Counted from the stretch's first letter, positions 19,569 through 29,840 are shown. The stretch: DNA of 64,000 bases from a virus (IMGVR_UViG_3300009182_000043:1-64000), one strand, 5' to 3'. Notes: generated from the letters alone by a model not told the origin. Program-made: numbers and translations.

Positions 19569-22500
19569 TAACTAAAGCTCCATGATGTAATATAATCACC
19601 TGATGCTAGTGCAATACTAAACAGTACTTGATTACCTGAATTCCCTGGTGAGCTTGTACTACCTTCACCAAACGTTATTTTATACGTTGCCCCTGATATT
19701 ACTGAACCTGTTGGTACTACTGAACCGTCAGCACATCCGCTATCGTTTGCACCCGCTACCCCTGCACCAAAATATGCAACGTGTGCATCTAACCATCCGT
19801 TAGTTGCATATGGTAGTGAATCTGTTACACCCGGTACTGCAAAGCGCAAGCCAGAAATCTTACCTGTAATTGTCACACTGAAGCTACTCTTACTCGCTCT
19901 TACAAATGCACCTCTGAAATACTGTGTACCACTACGTCCAGTAGACAAATTAGGTCCTACTGGTAAGTAACCAGTTGACAAGTCAGTTACAAAATTCTTT
20001 AATTGATTGAAACGAACAATTGCTTCATCAGTACCTGCTACTGTTTGAGCGCCAGACCATAGACCACTTGTGTAATAGTTTGTTGCTGTTACATAAGCCG
20101 GTGTAGCGCCTGATGCACTAGCAATTACAATACGTTTGGCAGCGTTGCTATTTGGTACAGCACCTACAGGGATAGTACAACTGATATTATCCTCTACAAA
20201 TCCGCTAGGAGTAGCATTGAATACTTGAATCTTTTTAGTATGTGTAGCATAAGCACTTGAACCATTAACATTAGTTGCCAAAAACTTGATGGTTTGAACT
20301 GCGGCTACTCCAGCGACACCACCAATGTTAATTGTCTGACTACCAATTGTATATTGATTGCTACTTGTATTACCTGTATTAGCGTTTGGTATTCCACCTG
20401 ACAAGAATGTACTAGCGCCATCTAAACTACTATAAGTCTTAGTCTGTGATGCAATTACGTTTCCTGTAGTGCTTTCATCATTTGTGCCGGCTTCAATTTG
20501 GAATGGTGTAGTTGTATTTTGATATGTTTGACCAATCCAGTTATAGATATTAGCACCAGTTAAAGTAATTGTTGGGCTACCTGTATTGTAGTATGGAATA
20601 CCTGAGACATAACGATAAGTTCCGTTTGTAGCATTGCTGATTGTGGCAACTGATACATCAACTGTTGGCACACTTGTTACATCATCTTTTACAAATTCAA
20701 CAATGTTTGTGTTACCAGTTGCTGTATGACTTATTTTGAAATTGTTTACCCCTACTGACAGTACAGAGTTTGTTTTAGATATTTTTGCTTTGAAGCCTTT
20801 ATATAAACTAGGGCTATAAATTGATGCTCCAAATGTAGTTGTTGCACCTGTAGCATCCAATAAATTATAGTCACTTTCTGATGATAACACCAATGACTGA
20901 TTGGTTCCAGAATTATCACTAGAAGTTAATGTAATGTTACCATCTTCTGAGCCATTAATAAATGCACGTAAGTATCCACTGTCAGCATTGTATGCAAATG
21001 TTGACATTACTACAGTTTCTACCGGAGTGCCTGTAGTCACACGACTAATGCTTGATCCTGCTGTTGTAGATACTGTTCCACCTGTGTTATTTGCAAAATT
21101 GACTGCAAGATATGGGCTTGTTCCAACACTAGACTGGAAAGCAATAGTCTTACTGCTTAGTCCGTTTGGTGCAGAAATACTTGGGTTATAGATTTTAATT
21201 GATGAGGTGCTGTTTGGACCTGTTGCAATATAAGAAGGTGTCGCTGTACTATGACTTGTTAATGTCAATGTAATTGTTTTAGTTCCTGTACCAGAATTTT
21301 GTCCAGTAGCATAAACATGGCTCTTACGTCCGCCACCTACACCACCGGCTACACTATCACTACTGATTGTGTCAGTATTTCCATCGCCCCAATTAATTGT
21401 ATACGTTACAGTTGCACCTGAAGTATTTGTAGTTGTGTTCTCCAAATAGAATGTATCACCCTCGCTAACATACAGTGTGCTACCAGTTAATGCACTACCA
21501 CCTATACTACCTCTATACAAACTGAATCCAACGATTGGATTAGCGGTATATATGATAATGTAGCCGGTGCGAGTAAAGCTTGCTTCACTACCCTTACCAG
21601 AACCACCATTATTGTATGCTCTAACTGTTACAGTGAATGGACTACCTGAATTAGTAGAATAAGTATGAGTTGGTGTAGTAGATGTAGCACCTGTAGTTTG
21701 ACTGCCATCACCCCAATCAATATCATAGCGATTTGGATTACCTACGCTTGTAATTGTCAGTGTAACTAGTGTTCCTGCACCACCTGCTGTTGGGCTAGCA
21801 GTAAAGCTAACACTCTTTACATAAGTATTGTTTCGCACATTTTCAAGTGCTTCGTTTAAATCGTCAATTGCGTCAGTCACTTTAGTCTCTGTTGTCCATG
21901 ATGTTATTGAACCCGGTGATACTAAGTCGGTATCTATAGGACCTCCTAAAGGTATTGTATTACCTACACTACCCGAAATTCCACCAGTAACACTAATAGT
22001 ACCATTAATTATAATATTCCCAGTAATATTTGCATCTTGTTGTACTTCTAAATTTCCTACTCTTAAATTACCATACTCATTGAATGTTACTACGTTGTCA
22101 GTTACTGATACGTTACTGCCCAATGCAAATTCTGCATTACTAGTATCCCAACCTATAAATGCATCAACTGGTGTTGTGGTATAATTATGAATTAGTGTAC
22201 CACGATCCATATTATTGTTTGATACTAATGGATTACCGTTTTGTCCGCCACCTATTTCAGTTATTGGGTCTGTTACGTAAGTTACAGTAGTTTGAATATA
22301 AGTTACTGCACCCTTAACATCTAAATTACCTTGAATTGTTGCATCTCCGGATACTGATATGTTATTTGCAGAAATATTACCCTGAGCATCACGCAATACA
22401 AGTGTATCACCGGTAGCTGAGGTGTTTGAATTAATAAAGCCGGTACTAACATCAACCCATGCATACCCAAGATTTTGCGGATCTTTAAAATATTGATAAA

Positions 22501-25500
22501 CTTTAGAAGTATCTGTGTCTAACCACATATCCCCTAATTTAGCATTGGTTGGTGCAGTTGCTTGTGTTGCAAAGGTAGTAACTACTTTTCCGTCACGTGT
22601 AAGATTATTACCTACACTTAAATTACTTGTAATTTCAACTGAATTTGATGTCTTGTCAAACAATACTGTAGATGTTTTTAATGTTCCGCCATCGTTATAC
22701 AATATTGCTTTGTTAGCACCAGCAACTAATATATCTCCAGAAAAACTACCAGACATATGTGTAGCAATGAAACTTGATGCTGTTACACTTCCAGTAACCA
22801 CCAAGTTTCCACCAATTGACTCATCTCCAAGTACATCTAAACTAACTAGTGATCCAACACTAGTAATATTTGGCTGTGCATTGGTTGAGACTGTGTTAGC
22901 AACAGTAGCCTGTGTTGCTAAATCAGAAGTGTCTGAATGACCAGCATTATCAGCATATACGGCATTTGCTACTTTACCTAAAACATTTCCGCCTGTAATA
23001 TTTGATATATTACTACCGTCACCCGCTAGATAATCGGCTGATAGTAATTCACCAACAGTTAAATTCACTGCAATTGAAGCAGAATCATTTACTATCAAAC
23101 TTACTAAAGTGCCTACACTAGTAATATTTGGTTGACTACTTGCAGTTACATGCAATGCATAATTAGCAACGTTAGCTTGCGCCGTATTGTCAGCAAACAC
23201 AGCATTTGCTACTTTATCTGTAACGTTTGGACCATAAATATTATATAAACCTGATGCTTCACCTGCAACATTACCTACAGTTAACATATTGTTAACTATA
23301 CCGCTATTAGCAGTGAACGTATCTAGCGTAGTAGGTCCATTAACGTTTAAGAAGTTTAATATACCAATTTCGTTAATGTTTGGTTGAATGTTATCGTGAA
23401 CCACATTAGCAATATAAGCACTGTCTGCTGTTAAACTTGATCCTGCAAAATTTGCATAATTTGCATTTGCTACATCACCTTGTATGTTAGCACCGGAGAT
23501 GTTTCCAATTTGATAACCGTCACCAACTAAGTAAATACCGGTGATTGTGTCACTAGCAGAAATATTAGAAACGCTTATGTTTCCTGATACTGTTAAATCA
23601 GTTAATGTGCCGACACTAGTAATATTTGGTTGATAATTGGTAGTAACTGTTCCGGCACGTAATGCAGTGTTTGAAATGTTTGCAAAGTTTGCAGTATTTG
23701 CTTGTTTGGCTAAATTAACGTTACCAACAACATTAGCACCTTGAATGTTTGCGAGATATGTAGCATTACCTGAAAAGAAATTAGCAATTGCTATATTACC
23801 TAATACGGCATTTCCAGCAGTTAAATTACCTGAAACATTTAATAAGGTAAGCAACCCAACAGCAGTAATGTTTGGTTGATCTCCAATTACGACATTACCA
23901 GCATAGTTGGCATAGTTGGCATTTTCAGCACTATCAGAGAAAATTGCATTAGCTACTTTTCCAGTAATATTTGAACCAGTAACACTAGTTAAATTGCTTC
24001 CATCACCAATAAAATAATTACCACGGATTTCGTCCCCAAGGTTTGCGCTACCAGAAGTTATTACTCCAGAAATTGTTAAACTTGTTAGTGTACCAACACT
24101 AGTGATATTTGATTGAGCACCTTGAGTTACATAGCCTGCTAAACCTGCATTGTCAGAAAAGATTGCATTTGCGACTTTACCAGTAACATTTGCTCCGGTT
24201 ATATTACTTAAATTGCCACCCTCACCAATAATATGAGTGGCAATAATATGGTCACCTAGACTTGCGTTTTGTGATGTAATTGGTCCATCAACTGTTAAAC
24301 TGGTCAATGTACCCAAACTAGTAATGTTTGATTGATCGGCTGCTGTTACATGTCCTGCTAATAAACTTGTTCCTGCACTAACAGAATAAGTAGCATTTGA
24401 TACTTCACCTATTACGTTTCCACCAGTAATTCCAAATAATCTGTAACCATTACCAACAAAGAAATTAGCGGTTACTACATTACCAAGACTTGGGTTAACT
24501 GTAGGACTTACTGCTAAACTAGTTAGTGTTCCAAAGCTTCTAATATTTGGCTGTGCTGAATCATTAACTGTATTTGCAACTCCTGCGATACCTGCACTAT
24601 TTGCATAAACTGCATTCGATACAAAGCCAGTAACATTTGCACCAGTAACATTTGATAGTCTACTACCGTCACCAATAAAATAACTAGCATGTAAATTGCC
24701 GTATTCATGTATAATTAAATTGTTTGCAACTAAACTTACATTACTTGCAACAGAAAATTCTTGATTTGTATCATCCCAACCAACAAACGCATCAACTGCA
24801 TTATTTGTGAAATAATGCATTACTGTACCGCGAGCATTATAATCATCTGCTTGAGTTAGTACACCACCTGTTGGGTTTGCACCTAATTGAAGAATTGGAT
24901 CTTCAATACGTATTGTTTGAACATCTGCATAAATTGCATTACCTTCAACAATAAGATTACCAACAATAGTAGCATCACCTCCAACAATTAGTGATGAGTT
25001 AGCAATTAATGCACCGGTAACTGTTAGATTTGCTAAATTACCAACTTGATTAATGTTTGGTTGATAATTACCAATAACAGTAGTTGACGTATTAGATTGG
25101 GTACTGTTTAATGTAACCAGTGCATAGTGTGCATAGTTAGCATTTGCGACTTCGCCAAATACATTTGCCCCTGCAATATAAGATATTCCTGCACCGTTAC
25201 CAGCAAATGATGTTGCATTAAGTTGACCAGTAACATTGTTATATGTTAGTGTAGCATCACCACTAAATGCACCATTATTATTAAACTGAATGGATTGATT
25301 GCTGCCGCCGGGTGTTGTTAGTGCCGCATCTTTAAAGAATAGTGTTCCAAACCCATCAGTAGCAACTACTTGGTCAGGATTTCCACCTTGAATACTAATG
25401 TTACTAATACTACCAAGATTTGCAAAGTTACTAACTTCTAGGGAGTTGGCTATTATATTACCATTGCTGTCAACAACTGCTATTGTGGGTTCTAGTCCTA

Positions 25501-25540
25501 CTGAGAACCCTGATTGCGAATTAAACTTTTTTAATGCCAT
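19568..25540 (-). CDS. Very long fibre-like protein with PKD (Ig-like) domains, 1990 aa
   Basis: Many QPNITSVGTL repeats; two DPI...GWD modules; two I.WGDG PKD motifs near 21.25-21.8 kb. Confidence 0.85.
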   Translation of the reverse strand: MALKKFNSQSGFSVGLEPTIAVVDSNGNIIANSLEVSNFANLGSISNISIQGGNPDQVVATDGFGTLFFKDAALTTPGGSNQSIQFNNNGAFSGDATLTYNNVTGQLNATSFAGNGAGISYIAGANVFGEVANANYAHYALVTLNSTQSNTSTTVIGNYQPNINQVGNLANLTVTGALIANSSLIVGGDATIVGNLIVEGNAIYADVQTIRIEDPILQLGANPTGGVLTQADDYNARGTVMHYFTNNAVDAFVGWDDTNQEFSVASNVSLVANNLIIHEYGNLHASYFIGDGSRLSNVTGANVTGFVSNAVYANSAGIAGVANTVNDSAQPNIRSFGTLTSLAVSPTVNPSLGNVVTANFFVGNGYRLFGITGGNVIGEVSNATYSVSAGTSLLAGHVTAADQSNITSLGTLTSLTVDGPITSQNASLGDHIIATHIIGEGGNLSNITGANVTGKVANAIFSDNAGLAGYVTQGAQSNITSVGTLTSLTISGVITSGSANLGDEIRGNYFIGDGSNLTSVTGSNITGKVANAIFSDSAENANYANYAGNVVIGDQPNITAVGLLTLLNVSGNLTAGNAVLGNIAIANFFSGNATYLANIQGANVVGNVNLAKQANTANFANISNTALRAGTVTTNYQPNITSVGTLTDLTVSGNISVSNISASDTITGIYLVGDGYQIGNISGANIQGDVANANYANFAGSSLTADSAYIANVVHDNIQPNINEIGILNFLNVNGPTTLDTFTANSGIVNNMLTVGNVAGEASGLYNIYGPNVTDKVANAVFADNTAQANVANYALHVTASSQPNITSVGTLVSLIVNDSASIAVNLTVGELLSADYLAGDGSNISNITGGNVLGKVANAVYADNAGHSDTSDLATQATVANTVSTNAQPNITSVGSLVSLDVLGDESIGGNLVVTGSVTASSFIATHMSGSFSGDILVAGANKAILYNDGGTLKTSTVLFDKTSNSVEITSNLSVGNNLTRDGKVVTTFATQATAPTNAKLGDMWLDTDTSKVYQYFKDPQNLGYAWVDVSTGFINSNTSATGDTLVLRDAQGNISANNISVSGDATIQGNLDVKGAVTYIQTTVTYVTDPITEIGGGQNGNPLVSNNNMDRGTLIHNYTTTPVDAFIGWDTSNAEFALGSNVSVTDNVVTFNEYGNLRVGNLEVQQDANITGNIIINGTISVTGGISGSVGNTIPLGGPIDTDLVSPGSITSWTTETKVTDAIDDLNEALENVRNNTYVKSVSFTASPTAGGAGTLVTLTITSVGNPNRYDIDWGDGSQTTGATSTTPTHTYSTNSGSPFTVTVRAYNNGGSGKGSEASFTRTGYIIIYTANPIVGFSLYRGSIGGSALTGSTLYVSEGDTFYLENTTTNTSGATVTYTINWGDGNTDTISSDSVAGGVGGGRKSHVYATGQNSGTGTKTITLTLTSHSTATPSYIATGPNSTSSIKIYNPSISAPNGLSSKTIAFQSSVGTSPYLAVNFANNTGGTVSTTAGSSISRVTTGTPVETVVMSTFAYNADSGYLRAFINGSEDGNITLTSSDNSGTNQSLVLSSESDYNLLDATGATTTFGASIYSPSLYKGFKAKISKTNSVLSVGVNNFKISHTATGNTNIVEFVKDDVTSVPTVDVSVATISNATNGTYRYVSGIPYYNTGSPTITLTGANIYNWIGQTYQNTTTPFQIEAGTNDESTTGNVIASQTKTYSSLDGASTFLSGGIPNANTGNTSSNQYTIGSQTINIGGVAGVAAVQTIKFLATNVNGSSAYATHTKKIQVFNATPSGFVEDNISCTIPVGAVPNSNAAKRIVIASASGATPAYVTATNYYTSGLWSGAQTVAGTDEAIVRFNQLKNFVTDLSTGYLPVGPNLSTGRSGTQYFRGAFVRASKSSFSVTITGKISGLRFAVPGVTDSLPYATNGWLDAHVAYFGAGVAGANDSGCADGSVVPTGSVISGATYKITFGEGSTSSPGNSGNQVLFSIALASGDYITSWSFS

Positions 25541-25559
25541 AAATTTTTATCTGGCTCTC

Positions 25560-27830
25560 TTAAATTGTACTAAACTGTGTAGTCCACACAGTTGAATTAC
25601 TACTAGAAGGACTAACTGTTAATCTTATATTGCCACCTGCAAACGATACAGCTAACACACCAGTTAAACCTCCCATATTAACACTCCCATATACAGAATA
25701 GTCTACAGCAGTACCATTATGCACAGCAGAAACTGACTCAACACTATATTTAGCACCCATAGATTCTTCACCTTTTACAGTAAAAATTACTCCTCGGATA
25801 CCAGTTGCGCTTACACTTGCTATAACTTGATTTGGTACTGTGCTAGTTGTAGTCACAGTAGACCATAAAATTTTTGTTTGACCTAACGAAATACTATTAT
25901 TTGACGTTAAATTATTTGACGTTAAGTTACCAGTAACTGTTACATTACCCTTAATACTAGTTACTGCGGTAGATATGTCAACTACATTAGCAGTACCAGT
26001 TGTGCTGATAGTTACATTGCTATTAGGATAAACAGATATACTGCTGTTACCACTAGCAAGTCTATTACTTACTGGAGTGGTAAATGCAATTCCACCAAAT
26101 CCATTGGTAGTTAATACTTGTCCGGCAGTCCCATCATGCGATGGATAAATTAATCCACCTGCAACTAATTGATTGATGTTTGCTGTACCACTTATATCTA
26201 CATTAGCAAGTGTACCAACACTAGTAATTTGTGGTTGTGCTGATGTTTGAATTGTTCCTTCTAAGTTACCAATAAAAGTGTCTGCTTTGATGTTTGCGTA
26301 CTGTGTAGATTGCACTGATTCGTTTGGATATCCAGTAACATCTTCTCTTGCTTCAAATTGCCCAGCAGATGTTTTCCATCCAAAGAATGTATTATACGGG
26401 CCTGATCCATCAAACTTATAATTTTGTAATATTAAGCCGCGGTCTTTACCATCATATGCTTCAGCATCAGCTCCGTTACCAGAACCACCTAGTAATATCA
26501 ACGGATCTTTTACAGCTAAATTAGTTACATTAATATATTGTGTGCTACCGCTTACAGTTAAATTACCACTAATAGTTGCATCACCCTGAGCAAAGATGTT
26601 TCCGGTGCGTACTGTGTTACTAGTCATATTGCCAACAAAATTAGCATTGCCAGTAGTCAATACACCATTTACATCAGTCAATATTGTAGTACCTAAACTA
26701 ATACCATTTGCTGATACGTACAACTGATTCCATTTAAAATTATCACTACCTAAATCATACGTAGAATTAGTAATTGGAATTAAATTTGATTTAACGTTAT
26801 TCACAACTGTTAAGTTACCTGAACTTAAATTACCTAAATATGTAGGTAAATAACTCGAAACGTTGCTATTACTATATGTTGAAAAGGGATCACCATTACT
26901 ATAATAAAATTGATTGGCAGAAATAGCTCCGATTATATTAGCACCTATACTAGAAACAGTGAGTATATTAGCTGTACCAGCAATACTTACATTAAAGTTA
27001 CCGTTTAAATCAACACTTGCATTACTTGAACCATTGCTGATATTAGCCGTGTTTAGTGATATGAACCCTAAATTACCAGAACCATCTGTTACGATTACTT
27101 GTCCAGGTAATCCGTCAACTGAGGGGTATTTAATTCCACTTGCAGTTAATCTATACGTATTTGTTCTTCCACTAACATTCATTGATTGAGCATTAGCATC
27201 AGTACTAATATTCAACGAATAAACATTTGCGGCTCCACTAACAGTTAATGAATTTAATACACCTACACTAGTAATACTTGGTTGAGTTGGTGTAGTTAAT
27301 TGTCCGCCAACAAATGTACTTGTAATTTGAGATGCATTTATTGTTGATACTTGAAAGGATCCGTCTAATGTTAATACATTAGCCAAATAGTCAAATTTGA
27401 GTGCGTCACTTGCACCGGCGTTACCTACATTGTTGTAAAGAATTGCAGTATTAGTTCCGGGTACAACAATATTACCAGATATATTTCCAACAACGTTACC
27501 TAAAAAGTACGCGGCTGTGATATTACCAGAAGCGGTAATTTTACCTTGAACATCAAGTGTATTTGTTATTGGATTGAATTTAAGATTATCGCTTGCACCA
27601 AATCTTGGGGGTACTGCACCACTATTGATTTGAATTGCGTAAGGTGAGCCTGCAGGCTCAGAGAAGTTATAAGGTACTCCGTTAGCATAGAAAAGATAAT
27701 CAGTATAAACACCGCTGGTTGCCGAGACATTAGACGTTGTAATGTCGCCATTTGGTAATACAACAACATTAGCGATTTCTCCTACAGAGAAACCGCCCAT
27801 TGAGTTAAACGCGGTAATTATTGCTGACAT
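25560..27830 (-). CDS. Fibre-like protein, 756 aa
   Basis: FNS.GGFSVG N-terminus; YPS.DG..GQV..T.G.G motifs; KDPLI module; shared C-terminal domain. Confidence 0.85.
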   Translation of the reverse strand: MSAIITAFNSMGGFSVGEIANVVVLPNGDITTSNVSATSGVYTDYLFYANGVPYNFSEPAGSPYAIQINSGAVPPRFGASDNLKFNPITNTLDVQGKITASGNITAAYFLGNVVGNISGNIVVPGTNTAILYNNVGNAGASDALKFDYLANVLTLDGSFQVSTINASQITSTFVGGQLTTPTQPSITSVGVLNSLTVSGAANVYSLNISTDANAQSMNVSGRTNTYRLTASGIKYPSVDGLPGQVIVTDGSGNLGFISLNTANISNGSSNASVDLNGNFNVSIAGTANILTVSSIGANIIGAISANQFYYSNGDPFSTYSNSNVSSYLPTYLGNLSSGNLTVVNNVKSNLIPITNSTYDLGSDNFKWNQLYVSANGISLGTTILTDVNGVLTTGNANFVGNMTSNTVRTGNIFAQGDATISGNLTVSGSTQYINVTNLAVKDPLILLGGSGNGADAEAYDGKDRGLILQNYKFDGSGPYNTFFGWKTSAGQFEAREDVTGYPNESVQSTQYANIKADTFIGNLEGTIQTSAQPQITSVGTLANVDISGTANINQLVAGGLIYPSHDGTAGQVLTTNGFGGIAFTTPVSNRLASGNSSISVYPNSNVTISTTGTANVVDISTAVTSIKGNVTVTGNLTSNNLTSNNSISLGQTKILWSTVTTTSTVPNQVIASVSATGIRGVIFTVKGEESMGAKYSVESVSAVHNGTAVDYSVYGSVNMGGLTGVLAVSFAGGNIRLTVSPSSSNSTVWTTQFSTI

Positions 27831-27843
27831 TTTTTATGCCTTA

Positions 27844-28524
27844 CTATTTGTATGTAGTAACCATTATTTTATAACTAGCTGGGTTAGATAATAATGGTGA
27901 AACTGTTAATTCTATATTTCCAGTGTTATATCGGACTTTGAAATCCCCTACACCCCCGTTAATATCAATGGTTCCGAATTCTGAATAAGCAATTTGAGTA
28001 CCTAAAATGCTTGCGAGTAATTTTGTTGTTTGTCTAGAATTAGCAGTAACATCGTCTGCTATAATCATGTATTCTACTGCTGAATTATTTAATCCGCTGA
28101 CTGATTGTAATACTTGGTCGGCTCCTGCACTATTTGTACTTGCAAATAACATTCTTGTTGAGCTAAATTCATAAACTCCTGCGCCCATTGTAAGAGAGTT
28201 AGCTATTAAATTTCCGTTTATAGTTACTAGATTGCTAACTTCATTGAATGTAAAATTTGTATTACCGGCTGCTATTCCGTTTTTTACAAAAGCGATAGTT
28301 GTATCAGGGGCGTCAATTTTAACATCAGCAACAATATTTCCTACTAAATTTCCATAAAAATTAGTTGCAGTTACATTTCCAACAGCAACAATATTTCTAC
28401 CAACATTAATATTGCCGCTAATGTTTGCATAAGGTGCTGTTATATTTCCACTGTCATTGATAATTGATACAGGGGGGATACCAACTGTATATCCGCCTGC
28501 TGAGTTGAAGGGTTCTGCTGCCAT
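27844..28524 (-). CDS. Short fibre-like/decoration protein, 226 aa
   Basis: FNSAGGYTVG N-terminus and C-terminal domain paralogous to the 756-aa protein; first gene after the capsid gene. Confidence 0.8.
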   Translation of the reverse strand: MAAEPFNSAGGYTVGIPPVSIINDSGNITAPYANISGNINVGRNIVAVGNVTATNFYGNLVGNIVADVKIDAPDTTIAFVKNGIAAGNTNFTFNEVSNLVTINGNLIANSLTMGAGVYEFSSTRMLFASTNSAGADQVLQSVSGLNNSAVEYMIIADDVTANSRQTTKLLASILGTQIAYSEFGTIDINGGVGDFKVRYNTGNIELTVSPLLSNPASYKIMVTTYK

Positions 28525-28546
28525 GTATTATCCTAGATTTATTATG

Positions 28547-28554
28547 TATTTATC
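28547..28554 (-). promoter_or_regulatory. Late promoter GATAAATA for the fibre array
   Basis: Lies between the capsid terminator and the AGGA RBS/ATG 28524. Confidence 0.7.
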
Positions 28555-28578
28555 ATTATTAGCAAACAGATGCCCAAC

Positions 28579-28602
28579 AAAAAAGGCTCCTAAGAGCCCT
28601 TT
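28579..28602 (-). terminator. Intrinsic terminator after major capsid gene
   Basis: Minus strand: AAAGGGCTC-TTAG-GAGCC-TTTTTT. Confidence 0.8.
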
Positions 28603-28643
28603 AAGTAACTTCCCATCCCGAGGGTAAAAAGTTTCAATTCCGA

Positions 28644-29840
28644 TTATTGGAATGTTAGGTTGCTTACAGCAATCTCACCAACGTAGTCAGCCGCATTACC
28701 AAAAGATGATGCAGTATTTGTCAATTCGATGTAACCATAACGTGTCATGAATGATACGACTGGTTCGAATGTTGATGGATCTAGAACAACACCACTGCTC
28801 ATCAACGGAATGTATGGGCAATAGAATGCTGCCGCGTCTGTCTCGCTAGAACCTTTATAACCAACCAATACTGGTGTAGTGTCAGGTGCATAAGAGTCAA
28901 CGAATACACGCATAGCGCCATTCAATGTACCAACAAACTTAGTATTTGTAGGAGCTTCGAATGTACCTTCTGTTGTACGTGCAAATGCAGATGTTGTAGC
29001 AGATTGTAGAACTGTTAAACTAGCAGATGAAACAACTGCCCAATTACCAGCACCACGGCGAGTGCGTTGTGCAATCAAGTTAGCAACACGATTGATTAGA
29101 ACAGCTAAAGCAGCATGTTCGTCACCAACGTAAGTAGCTGTACCACTTACTGTAGCTTGGTTGAATGTGTACTCTGTTGTTGCTAAAGTACGTAGAGATA
29201 AAAGAATCTCTTGGTCGATTTCAGCAGTGATTTCTTGTGCAAGTGCGGCCATGATTTCTGCTTCAACGTCAATACCATGTTGAGACTGTGCATCTTGTGC
29301 TGCCTCAAATGTCCAACGTGCTTGCAATTTACGTGACTTAGCTTCAACAGCTTGACGTAGAATCTGTACGGAAATTTGCTTACCGCCATTACCTTCTAAA
29401 GTCGCTGTGTTGTTACCAGTATAGCCTGTAGATGGGCTACCATCTTTAGTCATTGTAGAATATGCTTGAGCAATTTTGAATGGGCTCAATGCTTCTTCAC
29501 CAGCTTGAATGCTTGTGTTGGCTGCACTGTTGTCTGTTAAGCTAGAAGCATAACGTACACGCAATGTATGAATTTGACCAACTGGACCTGTCATTGGCTG
29601 AACGCCTACCAACTCGTTAGCAATAACTGTTGGCATTACACGACGGATAACTGGAAGAATAACACGATTAAGTGTTGCAATATTGCCTGCTGTGGTTGTA
29701 CCAGCAACAGATTCTTTCAATAGTGACTTGCGAGTGTTTTCTAAGATTACACCCATTGTTGAGCGGCGAGTACCCTTAAGACCTTCAAGTAGGGCTTCTT
29801 TGGTCTCGTCCCAACGGCTTTCTAATAGAACTTGTGACAT
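28644..29840 (-). CDS. gp23: Major capsid protein, T4 gp23 family
   Basis: ILPVIRRVMP...GVQPMTGPVGQI; VEAKSRKLQARWTFEAAQD; FYCPYIPL; FMTRYG; RBS AGGAG. Confidence 0.97.
   Translation of the reverse strand: MSQVLLESRWDETKEALLEGLKGTRRSTMGVILENTRKSLLKESVAGTTTAGNIATLNRVILPVIRRVMPTVIANELVGVQPMTGPVGQIHTLRVRYASSLTDNSAANTSIQAGEEALSPFKIAQAYSTMTKDGSPSTGYTGNNTATLEGNGGKQISVQILRQAVEAKSRKLQARWTFEAAQDAQSQHGIDVEAEIMAALAQEITAEIDQEILLSLRTLATTEYTFNQATVSGTATYVGDEHAALAVLINRVANLIAQRTRRGAGNWAVVSSASLTVLQSATTSAFARTTEGTFEAPTNTKFVGTLNGAMRVFVDSYAPDTTPVLVGYKGSSETDAAAFYCPYIPLMSSGVVLDPSTFEPVVSFMTRYGYIELTNTASSFGNAADYVGEIAVSNLTFQ

Noticed and set aside
124-27769. Many short ORFs antisense to, or in alternative frames of, the fibre genes
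   Set aside because: Shadow ORFs caused by biased codon use of the real minus-strand genes; no RBS or domain signal.
1898-28524. Diversity-generating retroelement or invertase shufflon acting on the fibres
   Set aside because: No reverse transcriptase or site-specific recombinase in the window, all genes are co-oriented, and repeat copies lie inside intact ORFs rather than in a non-coding template.
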